The notes: generated by a model from the letters alone, not told the origin. A stretch of DNA of 64,000 bases from Octopus vulgaris (GCA_951406725.2 OX597824.1:19096001-19160000), one strand, 5' to 3'; shown: positions 1 to 12,722, numbered from the stretch's first letter. Translations and numbers: made by a program.

Positions 1-14
1 TTAGCGGCATCGAA

Positions 15-241
15 AGCGGCGAGCTGGCAGAATCATTAGCACGCCGGGCGAAATACTTAGAGGTATTTCGACCGTCTTTACGTTCTGAGTTCAAAATCCG
101 CCGAGGTCGACTTTGTCGTTCATCTTTTTACGGTCGATAAATAAAATACCACTTGCGTACTGGGGTCGATATAATCGACTTTCCCCCACCCCGCCCCTAA
201 AATAAAATTTCGAGCCCTGTGCCTAGAATAGAAAAGATTAT
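15..241 (+). mobile_element. tRNA-derived SINE, family A (monomer)
   Basis: A-box-like GGCGAGCTGGCAGAA and B-box-like GAGTTCAAAATCC. Body GAGGTCGACTTTG...GGGGTCGAT is shared with the copies at 255, 1036 and 2864. Confidence 0.85.
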
Positions 242-254
242 TGACGGATTTTAA

Positions 255-658
255 AGCGGCGAGCTGGCAGAAACGTTAGCACGCTGGGCGAAATGCTTAG
301 AGGTATTTCGTCTGTCTTTACGTTCTGAGTTCAAATTCAGCCGAGGTCGACTTTGCCTTTCATTCCTTCGAGGTCGATTAAATTAAGTACCAGTTACGTA
401 CTGGGGTCGATCTAATCGACTTAATCCCTTTGTCTGTCCTAGTTTGTCCCCTCTGTGTGTAGCCCCTTGTGGGCAGTAAAGAAATAGGTATTTCGTCTGT
501 CTTTACGTTCTGAGTTCAAATTCAGCCGAGGTCGACTTTGCCTTTCATTCCTTCGAGGTCGATAAATTAAGTACCAGTTACGTACTGGGGTCGATCTAAT
601 CGACTCGCCCCCTCCCAAAAAATTTCAGGCCTTGCGCTTAGAGTAGTAAAATCATTAG
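255..658 (+). mobile_element. SINE family A, head plus two tandem body units
   Basis: Head at 255-300. The body starting GGTATTTCGTCTG occurs at ~302 and again at ~487. Confidence 0.85.
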
Positions 659-659
659 T

Positions 660-1820
660 GTAACTGCCACCACCAATGAAATTCAGTGACAGCATGACCA
701 CCACCAACAACTACGACAACATCACTACAACCAGCAAACAAGAAAACTGCCATGACTATATCAACTACTACCGCCGCTACCAACTTCGAAACTCAACAAC
801 CGCCACAGACTCAACTTGTAATGCCAACACCACAACGACATTGTCAGCAGAATCACCAACGCCACCACGACAAACACCTACCGTTGCAACTGTTAATACC
901 AGTGATACAACGACCAATACCAGTATCAGAGCCTTCAATACCACCAGTACAACTACCAATACCATCACTGCATGTACTATCACCACACCCACCAAAACTA
1001 CCACCGTAGCTAGCACAACAACCACCACTACATTCAATACCTGCCTCTTTACTACCCACAAGGGGGTAAACACAGAGGGGACAAACAAGGACAGACAAAG
1101 GGATTAAGTCGATTACATCGACCCCAGTGAGTAACTGGTACTTAATTTATCGACCCCAAAAGAATGAAAGGTAAAGTCGACCTCGGCGGAATTTGAACTC
1201 AGAACGTAGCTGCAGACGAAATACCTATTGGGGCTAAACACAGAGGAAACAAACAAGGGCAGACAGACGGATTAAATCGATTATATCGACCCCATTGTGT
1301 AACTGGTACTTAATTAATCGACCCCGAAAGGTTGAAAGGCAATGTCGACCTCAGCAGAATTTGAACTCAGAACGTAACGGCAGACGAAATACCGCTGAGC
1401 ATTTCGCCCGGCGTGCTAACGTTTCTGCCAGCTCGCCGCCTTGCTACATTCATTACCACTAACATTAAAACCTCTACCAATACAATTAATACCAGCATCA
1501 ACACAATTACCCCCTCGAAGTTCTTCCATCCCCGTTGACCCCACCAGAAACGCCAACACAACCAACGATACCACAACCTAGGGCAATCACCACAGCGACC
1601 ACTTCCACTACTTCCATCACCACAGCCCCCCCCCCACAACCATTAACACCACAGGCAATACCATCATAATCACAACGCTCAACCCCCCCACCACCACCAC
1701 CACCACAATCACTAACTCCCAAACCACTACCACCACCACCACCACCGCTACCACCGCTACCACAAACTCGAACAACATCATGACTGCCACCAGCACCATC
1801 TCCACCATCACCAAAACAAT
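660..1820. repeat. Degenerate (ACC/ACA/ACT)n low-complexity tract interrupted by a SINE
   Basis: ACC-rich triplets on both sides of the 1036-1440 insertion. Confidence 0.8.
1036..1440 (-). mobile_element. SINE family A, head plus two tandem body units
   Basis: Reverse complement of the 255-487 sequence. Head ends at GCTCGCCGCC (1440) and the internal junction is at ~1225. Confidence 0.85.
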
Positions 1821-2149
1821 GTGTCCCTTCGTCTCCTGGGGTCAACATTCAGGAATAATTTGTGCAAAACCTATTACGTCGAATTTAGCTTTGCGCTGGT
1901 CAGTGTGTTTCCATTTATGAGAACCAAACGGACTGGTCAGAGGTTTAAACTGGTGCTTTAATGAACTTTTATCCCGTGTATATGGCAGGATTATGAGGTT
2001 AAAGGTTAAAGGTTAACTGGGTCAATGTATTCTGTCATGGAGGGTTTTTAAATGTCAGGTTTACTGTAGTTTAAACACCTGCTCTCTGTGCTGGAGAAGA
2101 TTGTGTGCAGTGATAGCGAATGTGACTGATAGGATATGGAGAGGTCGAT

Positions 2150-2670
2150 ACACATGGAGAGAGAGGGAGGGGAAAGGGATAGAAAATAGAAAGAGGGGAA
2201 GGAGAGAAAAGAGTGAAAGAGGGGAAGAGGACAGAAAATAGAGGGAGAGTGGAGTAGAAAATAAATAGGGAGAGAGAGAAGAAGGATGAAGTGGTAGAGA
2301 AAGAAAAATTGGAAGGATAGAGAAGGAGAGAGGGGAGGAAATATCGAGAGAGAGAGAGAGAGAGAGAGAACGCTAGAGAAAGAAAGGTAAAAGGAAGATA
2401 TAGGAAATAGAAAGTGGGGGTGGAGAGAAAACAAGGGGATAATGAGAGAAAATTATGAAACAAGACAGAGACAAACAGACAGACTGAGTTTGACAGACAG
2501 ACAAACAGACGGACAGGGAAACGAAGAATGACACAAAAGTGAGAAAGACTCAAAGACTTCGCGAATGAGGAAGTAAGAACCATTGGAAGAACAAGAGACA
2601 AAGAGACGGTGGGGGGGGGGGAGAAAGGGATGAGGGATTAGGGGTGAGAAGAAAAAGAGGAGAGGTTGTT
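2150..2670 (+). repeat. Polypurine GA-rich low-complexity tract
   Basis: The + strand is predominantly G/A, with (GA)n and (GACA)n runs. Confidence 0.8.
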
Positions 2671-2863
2671 AGAAAAGCTGTCGATTTTATTTACTAGAAC
2701 TTGGTTCGACTATGAATTGAACCCTGACCGCTGGTTCAGGCATAAGGCAATGTATTTTGAATGAGAGTCGATAAGTTGATTAAATCGATCTCTACATCCA
2801 TTTTGCTAACCAGAATCAGATAAACCCGCCACATCACATATCTCGGGATACTTAGACAGGGAA

Positions 2864-3189
2864 CGAATACCTATTTCTTTACTACCCACAAGGTCGATTA
2901 AATAAGTACCAGTTACGCACTGGGGTCGATATAATCGACTTAATCCGTTTGTCTGTCCTTGTTTGTCCCCTATGTGTTTAGCCCCTTGTTGGTAGTAAAG
3001 AAATAGGTATTTCGTCTGCCGCTACGTTCTGAGTTCAACTTCCGCCGAGGTCGACTTTGCCCTTCATCCTTTCGGGGTCGATTAAATAAGTACCAGTTAC
3101 GCACTGGGGTCGATATAATCGACTTAATCCGTTTGTCTGTCCTTGTTTGTCCCCTCTGTGTTTAGCCCCTTGTGGGTAGTAAAGAAATA
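2864..3189 (+). mobile_element. SINE family A, headless tandem body units with a short inverted 5' piece
   Basis: 2864-2893 is the reverse complement of the tail/junction. 2891-3005 and 3006-3189 are tandem body units. Confidence 0.8.
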
Positions 3190-3380
3190 GAATATAAAAT
3201 TGTGGAAAAAAACTACAACTGAAAAAAGCACATGAACATTGTAAATTATTGTAAACAAAAAGAAAAAAAATAAGGTAAAATGAATTGATGAACAAACAAG
3301 CATTTAAAATGTTTTTTTATTGAAAAAAAAGGACACCTGTGTACGTTCATTTTAAAGGCAGAAAACGAAAGGAAAGGTCA

Positions 3381-3770
3381 CGGTGGCTGTGTGGTAAGTA
3401 GCTTGTTTACCAACCACATGGTTCCGGGTTCAGTCCCACTGTGTGGCACCTTGGGCAAGTGTCTTCTACAAAAGCCTCGAGCCGACCAAAGCCTTGTGAG
3501 TGGATTCGGTAGATGGAAACTGAAAGAAGCCCGTCGTATATATGTATATATATGTATATGCGTGTGTGTGTTTGTGTGTCTGTGTTTGTCCCCCTAGCAT
3601 TGCTTGACAACCGATGTTGGTGTGTTTATGTCCCCGTTACTTAGCGGTTTGGTAAAAGAGACCGATAGAATAAGTACTGGGCTTACAATCGAGTTGCTCG
3701 ATTAAAGGCGGTGCTCCAGCATGGCCGCAGTCAAATGACTGAAACAAGTAAAAGAGTAAAGAGTAAGAGT
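3381..3770 (+). mobile_element. tRNA-derived SINE, family B (internal TA/TG microsatellite, AAAGAGT-repeat tail)
   Basis: TGGCTGTGTGGT A-box and GGTTCAGTCCC B-box, CACCTTGGGCAAGT (CORE-like), and tail GGCGGTGCTCCAGCATGGCCGCAGTC. Present in more than 15 copies or fragments in the window. Confidence 0.9.
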
Positions 3771-4004
3771 AGCGAAATAGAGGTGGTTTTAAGTTTAATT
3801 GTAAAAGTGTATTTGTAAAGTTAATTGTAAAGTTTAATCGTAAAGGTATTCACGGTTCATCTTGCAGTGGGGACAAGATGGCCGTCTCATTTGCATCATA
3901 ATTATATTCACTTCATTATCGTTTTCCATTCGTTTTTATGTCCCCGCATGTCAGTTGTTTGTCCCCACTGTATTCAGGCCTTCTGCTTATAATAAAGAGA
4001 AATA

Positions 4005-4258
4005 AACGCACAAGTGGCTGAGCACTCCACAGACACGTGTACCCTTAATGCAGTTCTCAGGGAGACTCAGCGTGACACAGAGTGTGACAAGGCTGGCCCT
4101 TTGAAACACAGGCACTACTCATTTTTACCAGATGAGTGGACTGGAGCAAAGTGAAATAAAATATCTTGCTCAGGGACACAACGCATTGCCGGGAATTGAA
4201 CTCACGACCTTACGATCATGAGCCGAATGCCCCTAACCACTAAGCCACGCGCCTTCAC
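4005..4258 (-). mobile_element. tRNA-derived SINE, head C plus tail T1 (3'-truncated)
   Basis: Minus strand reads GAAGGCGCGTGGCTTAGTGGTTAGG...GAGTTCAATTCCC. Homologous to 62281-62592. Confidence 0.85.
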
Positions 4259-4743
4259 TCCAGTCATTTAATCCCAGTTGATTGGTTGCATAAAAAGGAT
4301 TCAGTTGTTAATGATTCTAGTATTTTTGTTGATACATATTATGTCATAGCTTCTTTTACATTTTACTTTGCTAGTCTTGAACACCATGCAAAGGTCACAT
4401 ACACTATGTTATCTCCAATGATAAGTTTACTGTATTACTATTTAGTTTTCGCAGCTTGTCGGAAGTGAGTCACTTCAGGTTTGTATCTGGGATCGAGGTT
4501 GTTTTATTTTCAGAAAAAAAAGAGGTGGAGTCCCTTTTGTGTCCGTCTGTATCTCAGAAAACCCACTGTCATCCCTGATCGTTCTCCTTCTTTGGTTATT
4601 TCATGTTTCTGCGAACGTAGCTTGGTGCCAGTGTAACCAATTTTCTGCTACTTCTCGAATGATGAGCCAACAAATATTTTGTAAGATAATTCAAACATAT
4701 CTAGTTGTTTTCCTTACATTAACTTGAGGCATATAATGTATCG

Positions 4744-5036
4744 TGGAAGCACATGGCCTAGTGGTTAGAGCAGCTGACTCGTGGTCAAGGGATCGTGGGT
4801 TCGAATTTCAGACCTGACGATGTGTGTGTTTATGAGCGAAACACCTAAGCTCCACGCGGCTCCGGCAGAAGGTAATGGCTGACTCTTTCGCCACAACTTT
4901 CTCTCACTCTTTCCTCCTGCATCTTGCAGCTCACCTGCAACGGACCGGCGTCCAGGCTAGGTGGGAAATCTATACGCCAAGGAAATCGGGAAACCGACCC
5001 TTATGAGCCAGGCATAGCTCGAAAAGGAACAAACAA
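4744..5036 (+). mobile_element. tRNA-derived SINE, head D plus tail T3
   Basis: TGGCCTAGTGGTTAG...GGTTCGAAT. Body AAGCTCCACGCGGCTCCGGCAG is shared with the 15693, 37903 and 61458 copies. Confidence 0.8.
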
Positions 5037-5574
5037 TATAATTGTATCTCTATGGGTGAAAGTGTTTCAGTATATCCAACATTTACCCCCACCCTCATTC
5101 GCTACTTTTCGCCCGCGTGTGTGTCAGTCATAGTAAACATGTTGAATGTATTTTGTAATCAAACTTTGTTACAAGAAAGTTGTATATCAAGAAGTCAAAT
5201 ATCAGTAAAACCCTGTTCAAATAATTTTATGTATTTAAGTTCGTTTTATTTTTGTATTTTTCTTATTTTGTAGTCTACCGTACACTTGCCATACATTTGT
5301 ATATACACCGTGGTACATCTGCACGATGTTACGTACGAGTAGAAAATAAATGGCTCCAAAAAATTTTAAACCACTGTTCTTCTTTGTCATCACAGTGGTG
5401 ATTGTGACCCCGCTTGCTTAGATTTCTACACGAAGCAGTAACACACTGTCTTACCCCGTCTAAGTCACAAAATTCTCTTCTAAAATTACATTAGAGCGGT
5501 AGATTCGTGGAAACGTGCTGGATTGCACAAATAAAAAAAAATTATAAAACTATAATTTGTAAATCTATTCAATA

Positions 5575-5758
5575 TTAAGTGAAAAGTTTCACCAGCCATA
5601 CTTTCGGACTTACCGTAATGATAATACTGGTGTTCTTGATTTTAGCTGAGCTGAGCTGACCTGAGATTCGAACCTGAAATGAAGCTCATAAACATAAAGC
5701 GGAGTCCATTTTAGGAATGGTTTTAAGCCCAACAACTTAATCACTAAACCACTAGGAG
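5575..5758 (-). mobile_element. Possible degenerate tRNA-derived SINE
   Basis: Minus strand has TGGTTTAGTGATTAAG and CAGGTTCGAATCTC, resembling pol III A and B boxes. Only one copy in the window. Confidence 0.35.
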
Positions 5759-6087
5759 TCATTATTAAGGCATGGAATAGAATTATGGGATTGGGTTGGC
5801 CTTAGGGGCCAGGTTAGTTGGATATGAGTGTTATGTGTTTCATCACAGACACTGTGTTATCAGAAGGAAGGATAAGAAGCAGCGAAAATTTATAGTACAG
5901 GTAGGATAAGCCGGAATCTTGTGGTGCTAACGGGAAGAAGCTAATTCATCCATGATTTGAAACTATGACCCTTTGAACTGATCCGTGTGCGAGTGTCAGA
6001 AACCGTTACTTGTTTGGCTTTTAGCTTGACACATACATATACACACACTATTTATCAATCTTTTTTGTGCACCCCCATTTCTCTCTT

Positions 6088-6124
<37 letters not shown>

Positions 6125-6816
6125 GTCTGTCTGTCTCTCTCTCTTTCTCTGTTTCTCTCTGTGTCTCTCTCTGCCTGTCTGTGTCTCTCTCGTTCACTCG
6201 CTCCACTCAACCATTAGTGACACTACACTTTAAGCAGTACACCACAACAGAATACTCTTCCTTAAAACCTATTCCTGCACAGATCTCTTTGTTTCTTCCC
6301 TTCTTTCATTCTTTCTTTGTTTCTTCCTTTCTCTCTTTCTTTATTTTTTTTCCTTTCCTTTCTCCTTATCAGTGTCACCTAAAGTAGCAATCTCCTTTAC
6401 TTTAGCATCTATCACAGAAACTAATCTACACCGTGTTCTGGTCGCAATATGTTCAAAATTATTTTTATGCCTCAAACGCAATGTGACCGTTTTTCTTTTT
6501 TATTTTATTTTATTTTATTTTATTTTACTTTCCATTTCCTTTTCTTTTTTCCTATTTTTTTTTTTTTTGTTTCCAATTTTGTTCATTTTCAGAAAAGGTT
6601 TATTAAATAACTTTGCCACCAATGAGAGGTTTGTTATTCAATTTTATCTTTCTTTTTTCTTTTTATGTCTAATTTTCTAGAAAAGTTTAAATTCTCCCCC
6701 ACCTCACAAAAAAATAAAGGTTCAGGGTGATTCCACGTTCTTTACCGAAATTACTTTAAATAATATTATAAGCTTTTTTCTCGTTTTCATCATCATCATT
6801 ATTATTATTATTATTA

Positions 6817-6939
<123 letters not shown>

Positions 6940-7169
6940 TTATTATTATTATTTGACTACTCTCCCCTTATTTTGCCTTCTTCATTTGTTTAGTACACAA
7001 GAAAGACAAAAGGGGAAAATTTATCTTTGTTACAGGTGCTTTTTTTTTTTTTTTTATTAATTTAATTGCGTTCCGTTCGAAATTGGTTCCGAACAGCTGC
7101 AGTGGTATCATTTTTTTAACGATTCCTTCAAGACACTCTGCTTCAATCACTTAAACTTAGGTGCGTCAT

Positions 7170-8270
7170 TCATCTAAAGTTCTTTGTTTCACTCATTTAA
7201 AGTTTCCCCCGTTTCATTCAATTCTTTCAGGCCTCTGACTCATTCAGCGAAAGTTCTCTATTTCGTTTTAGTTGTGTCTTTTAATTTAGCTAAAAAACAT
7301 GTTTTTCATTGACATTATAATTCTGTGCTTCCTTCATACATTTAAATTTCATTCAGTTAAATTTCTGTTTCATTGAATTATATTTCTCTCTTTTTTTTTT
7401 TTTTGAGTTAAACTGGGATTTTCATTAAGTTATAGTCTCGTGTTCCATATATTTAAATTTTTGTAGAAATTATAACCAGCACTAATTTGTTACGAGATTT
7501 CGTATCCGAACGTGTCTAATGTAAACAATGCAACCGAAGAAGGGGAAAATGGGTGTATATACATATTTCAGGAGTTCTTGCTATTTTTTCAGTACTACAT
7601 CCAACCCAATAACCATCCACGAGCTCATTGCTTGACTAGCCATTAAATATAGCGATGAAACATTGGATATACCAATTTTGGATGTACCAATTCTAATAAG
7701 TTTTAATGTGTTAAATTTTTATGTTTCATTCAATTAAGTTTTTGTTTCACTGAGCTAAACTTATGCGTTTCATTGAGTGAGAGTTAAGTATTTCTTTGAG
7801 CTTAGGTTACGCATTTCATTAACTTATGGTCCTGTGTTCCATTCATTTAAATTTCTTTTACATTCAATTAAATTTTGTGCTTCATTGAGTTAACCTTATG
7901 TGTTTCACTGAGTGAAAGTTGCGTCTTATTGAGTTCAACTTCATATATTCAAATATCTTTGCTTAATTCAATTAAATTTCTCTGTTTAATTCAATTTAGT
8001 TTCTAAGTTTAACCCAATTAAATTTCTGTTTAATCAAATTAAATTTCTGTGTTTAATCAAAATAAATTCCTGTGTTTAACTCAATTAAATTTTTGTGTTT
8101 AATCCAATTAAATTTTTGCGTTTAGCTCAATTAAATTTCTGTGTAACTCCATTAAATTTGTGTTTCATTCAATTAAAGTTTTGTGTTTTGATCGAATTAA
8201 AGTTATATCTTTCAATGAAATAAAATTTTGCGCTTTGTTAAGATCAAGTTATGTGTTTCGTTCAATAAAA
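7170..8270. repeat. Degenerate ~23-bp AT-rich minisatellite
   Basis: Units like AATTCAATTAAATTTCTGTGTTT, clearest at 7965-8240. Interrupted at ~7470-7700. Confidence 0.75.
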
Positions 8271-8287
8271 TATTGAATACTGAACAT

Positions 8288-8527
8288 TCAATAAATTTAC
8301 AGCTGAAATTACGCAGTGTTCGAGACATGCTTTTATCTAATAGAAACATAAGTGCATGTATGCGGCTGAAGGAAAGACAACACTTTAAATTGGTGTATAT
8401 GCATATTTCAGGAATTCTTGCTCTTTTTTAAGTGTTGTCTTTCCTTCAGCTGCATACATGCACTTATGTTTCTATCAAATAAAAGCATGTCCCGAACACT
8501 GCGTAATTTCAGCTGTAGATTTATTGA
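8288..8527. repeat. Foldback with ~100-bp inverted arms
   Basis: TCAATAAATTTACAGCTGAAATTACGCAGTGTTCG...AAAGACAACACTT is mirrored by AAGTGTTGTCTTT...CAGCTGTAGATTTATTGA. Confidence 0.9.
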
Positions 8528-8631
8528 GATCTTTCGTTACGTCCATTTATATTTTGAATATAAATCATGCCATTGTAGAGTTTTTTCTATACATACCTGT
8601 CATTATACTGAAGTAAACAATGTACACTATC

Positions 8632-9029
8632 GGCGCAAGCATGGCTGTATGATAAAAAGTTGCCTTCCCAACCACATGGATGTGTGTTCGGTCTCACTGC
8701 GTGGCACCTTTAGCAACTGCCTTCTACAGTATTTCTGGGCCCACCAAAGCCTTGTTATTGGATTTGGTCGACGGAAACTGAAAGAAGCTCGTCGTATATT
8801 ACATACACTCTTTTACTCTTTTACTTGTTTCAGTCCTTTGACTGCGGCCATGCTGGAGTACCGCCTTTAGTCGAACAGCTCGACCCCAGGACTTATACTT
8901 TGCAAGCCTAGTACTTATTCTATCGGTCTCTTTTGCCGAACCACTAAGTTACGGGGACGTAAACACACCAGCATCGGTTGTCAAGCGATGTTGGGGGGAC
9001 AAACACAGATACACAAACACATACACACC

Positions 9030-9126
<97 letters not shown>

Positions 9127-9545
9127 GACGGGCTTCTTTCAGTTTCCGTCTACCAAATCCACTCACAAGGCTTTGGTCGACCGGAGATTATACTAGAAGA
9201 CACTTGCCCAAGGTGCCACGCAGTGGAACGAAACCCAGAATCCTGTGGTTCGTAAGCAAGCTACTTACCACACAGCCACTCCTACGCCTATATATATATA
9301 TATTGTGCCTATGCGTGTGTATGTGTGTGTGGTTGTCGTTGTGTCCGCTTTTGTCACTTATCACCATTTAAAAACCGGTATTGGTCTGTTTACGTCCCCG
9401 TAACTTAGCGGATCGGTAAAAGAGTACGATAGAATATATACCAACTAATTAGTACTGGAATCGATTCGTTCGGCTAAAATTGTTCAATGTGGCAGCTCAA
9501 TATGGCCGCAGTCTTGTGACTGAAGCAAGTAGGAGATAAATGATA
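8632..9545 (+). mobile_element. Older SINE B split by a nested SINE B
   Basis: 5' half at 8632-8797 and diverged 3' half at ~9330-9545. Confidence 0.8.
8807..9288 (-). mobile_element. SINE B, full length (nested)
   Basis: Complete reverse-complement copy of family B. Confidence 0.9.
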
Positions 9546-10094
9546 TATGAAATTTGTGACAAGAAACATTTAATTAATTATATATTTAATGAATATATAT
9601 CTTGAACGATATCGATAATGATTGATGAACAGAAGTGAGACCATAATCACGGAAAAATAATGGATTCACCAGCAACCAGGAAGCTATTGAATCTGTCTAT
9701 TATCCTATTTGGTTTTGCAACAGTCATGTCTGTAATATTTAATCAGTGAAATAAATTAATTCATTTTTCAATTATATTCTCAGATTTAGAAGTGATTACA
9801 CTCTTATCACTAGCAAGAGTCATTAATTTCATGCAGAACCTTCGATAACGTTTAGAAGATTAGTACAGCTTCAGGTAAGATTTTTAACCCCCTATTCCGA
9901 TACGTATATAATTTTGTTGATCGAACAGCAAAATTTTCATTGTCATTATATAGGGTGTTCAAAAAGCCTCTTCTCAGTAAGCATTTAATGGTTTTCGGGA
10001 GATTCTTGTACACTGATCCTTTACTTGCTCCCCAGAAAAAATGTCTGGCGATGTTAAATTAGGTGATCTTGGTGGTCAAAATTCCTTCGAAATA

Positions 10095-11366
10095 CAAGGG
10101 GCGTTCAATAGGTAATGCCCCTGACCCACTTCCCATAGCAGTAGAGCAACGAAACTTGGCACAGTTATTAGTCTTTTTGTTACATAGGAAGCACTTAGAG
10201 TTATGTATTTCTCCCATCGTTTGATGCAGCTCTGGAGACCGTTTTTTTAGAAGACCCCAGTTTGGTCCTCCAACCACGACGTGACTTCAGAAATCAAGGC
10301 TGCATAATCTGGGAAACGCTTTCCTTTAAAAAACAACTTCATGACTAGGAAGAGGTGAAAATCAGAGGGTGCAAGGTCAGGAGAGTAGGGGGTGGGGGAA
10401 GAGTCCATAGCCGCACGCCTGTGCTTCTGATCTGGCGACACGCGAGTTGTGGACCGGAGCGTTGTCCTGCAGGAGGAGGATGCCTTTGCTGATCTTTCCC
10501 CGCCTCTTGATAGCTTCTCTTAATTTCCTCAAACGTGAAGCATAATAGGCTCCTGTAACTGTGGCACCCTTTGCCAGGGAATCTGTCATCACTACTCCGT
10601 CCTGTCCCAGAAGACTGTGAGCATGACCTTGCCAGCGGAGGGCTGCACCCTTGCCTTCTTTGGAGGAGGTGAGTCACGGTGCTTCCACTGCATTGACTGG
10701 ACTTTGGTCTCTGGATCATAGTGATGGACCCAGGTTTCATCCTGTATAATCAGTCTTTTGAAAAATTTTGACTCATCTCCTTGGCACATTTCCAAATTCA
10801 TCCTCGAGCACTCAACGCGTTCTTGCTTCTGGAAAGGTGTGAGCAACATGGGAATCCATCTGGCTGACACCTTTTGCATATGCAAATGGTCATTAATGAT
10901 AGTTTCCACAGACCCGGTACTAATCTTGACCTCATGGGCTATTTGGCGAATAGTTATGCGTCGATCTTCCAAAATGGCATCCTCAACTTGACGGACAGAT
11001 GCCTCATCAATTGCAGAAGGGGGCGACCAGATCTGGGAGCTGTTTCCACAGAGTTCCGACCATGTTTGAATTCACGATGCCAGCGTTTTGCAAGGTCATA
11101 TGATGGGGCATTATCACCATAAGTTACTTTCATTTCATCAAAAGTCTCCCGTGGTGTGCGTCCTTTCAAATACAAAAACCGGATCACTGCTCAACACTCA
11201 ACAGGCTCCATTTCACACTTGACTCAGTTCAAACACCTGTAAATCAGAAACCACAATTAGTTCAGAGCTGCAATTTGCCACTTAATCTATAGAGATATAA
11301 ATAATTGCACATGCAAATCAAGCAACTGCAAGTGGGTCAGAGGCATTACTTATTGAACGTCCCTCG
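10095..11366 (-). mobile_element. Full-length decayed mariner DNA transposon
   Basis: 37-bp TIRs (CAAGGGGCGTTCAATAGGTAATGCCCCTGACCCACTT, 4 mismatches), TA TSDs at 10093-94 and 11367-68, length 1272 bp. Confidence 0.95.
10168..11211 (-). pseudogene. Mariner (DD34D-type) transposase pseudogene
   Basis: Frameshifted pieces: IRFLYLKG, SARWIP, QDETWVHHYDPETK, QDNAPVH and PYSPDLAPSDFHLF. There is an early in-frame TGA. Confidence 0.95.
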
Positions 11367-11454
11367 TAATCCGTTTACGGAAAAACTCTTGAAGTAGAGC
11401 CATGGTGATCCGCAAGATGAAAAAGATTCACTACGAAGAGACTTTTTGAACACC

Positions 11455-11518
<64 letters not shown>

Positions 11519-12035
11519 GTAGGGAATATAATTCCAAACTTACAGGGGAAAATTCAATTTAGCAATTCTAAATTAAATTTCACAATATATATAATATGTG
11601 TATAAAATTTAGAGAGAAACCTCTATTAAACAATTCAATAGTGAAAGACGTTATTCACACCATATAGTAAAAATTAGATATACTATAGAAAACTTTATTC
11701 TCAAAATCAAAACGTCTATTTATTATTTATTGTATGATATAAAGATATTGGAATTTAAAAAAAGAAAAACAATACAAATAAATTATAAGATATAAAGCTT
11801 ACAACGAAAATGGAATATGCGAAGAAACCTACATATATGTTTCAGTTTTAGCCGCAGTTGATATGCAATTCTAAGCATTTGGTTAAATGCTAAGAAGGGT
11901 ATCATTTTTAACTATATAGGACAGAACTTCTTAACGGTTATTATGAGCCTGTAGAACCTTAGTTCTCTAAGCTTTATATCATACAAATAAATTATTTATA
12001 CATCAATCTTCCTCCATTGTCTTTCTCTCAATATA

Positions 12036-12431
12036 TCTTTATATATAAAAGTGAAGCTGTGTGTCTGTCTCCTACGATTTAGATTCCTAACTACTCCCAC
12101 ATTTTGCGGTGCAGTTTAACCAAAACCGGGTATCTTATAGACGTGATTTCTATCGAGCTCTTCTGGGTATTAGCGCGCGTCTACGATGAGTCTACGATTA
12201 AAAAAAAATTTACCATAATTTTTTTCCATTTTGATGCATTTTTTCGCTATTATATAAGGGAAGTAACTCTCTAAAAATGTCTACGATGAGTCAACGATTT
12301 TTAAAAAAACTTACCATAATTTTTTTTCCATTTTTAATGCATTTTTTTGCTATTTTTTGGCTATAACTCTCTAAAAATGCTTATATAGTTATTTCCCTTA
12401 CAAAACCGAGCAACGCCGGGCGATACTGCTA

Positions 12432-12432
<1 letters not shown>
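12036..12432 (+). mobile_element. Non-autonomous Helitron, copy 1
   Basis: A|TC 5' end, 3' GC-rich hairpin CCGAGCAACGCCGG, CTAG|T terminus, no TSD. Homologues at 19289 and 46282. Confidence 0.85.
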
Positions 12433-12467
<35 letters not shown>

Positions 12468-12570
12468 AAGAAGGGTAGTAATATTATTTACTACCAGGTG
12501 CCCAGCACAAAAGACGAATTAGTCATAAGACAAAAATATTATTCATATAGAAAAATATTATTCATGTAGT

Positions 12571-12722
12571 TATACAATTAAGGGCTCCTAAATAAAGATG
12601 CCGAGTGCTGGGAACACAAAAAGGGGATGAATTTATCGAGAGTGAAAATCAAAAACGTTTACCGATAACTTTAACAACTTTTTGTGTTCCCAGCACTCGG
12701 CATCTTTATTTAGGAGCCCTTA

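Larger units (their letters stand above)
9951..11457 (-). mobile_element. Internally deleted Tc1/mariner-superfamily element (~235 bp) hosting the mariner
   Basis: TIRs TAGGGTGTTCAAAAAGCCTCTTC and GAAGAGACTTTTTGAACACCCTG with flanking TA. Remnant reads MALLQEFFRKRIISKEF*PPRSPNLTSPD after removing the insert. Confidence 0.85.

Noticed and set aside
676-1848. Thr/Pro-rich mucin-like and Gly/Val-rich ORFs
   Set aside because: They arise from degenerate ACC triplets open in several frames and run into a SINE. No domain or splice evidence.
7965-8240. CRISPR-like periodicity
   Set aside because: Contiguous degenerate units without unique spacers, eukaryotic context and no cas genes.
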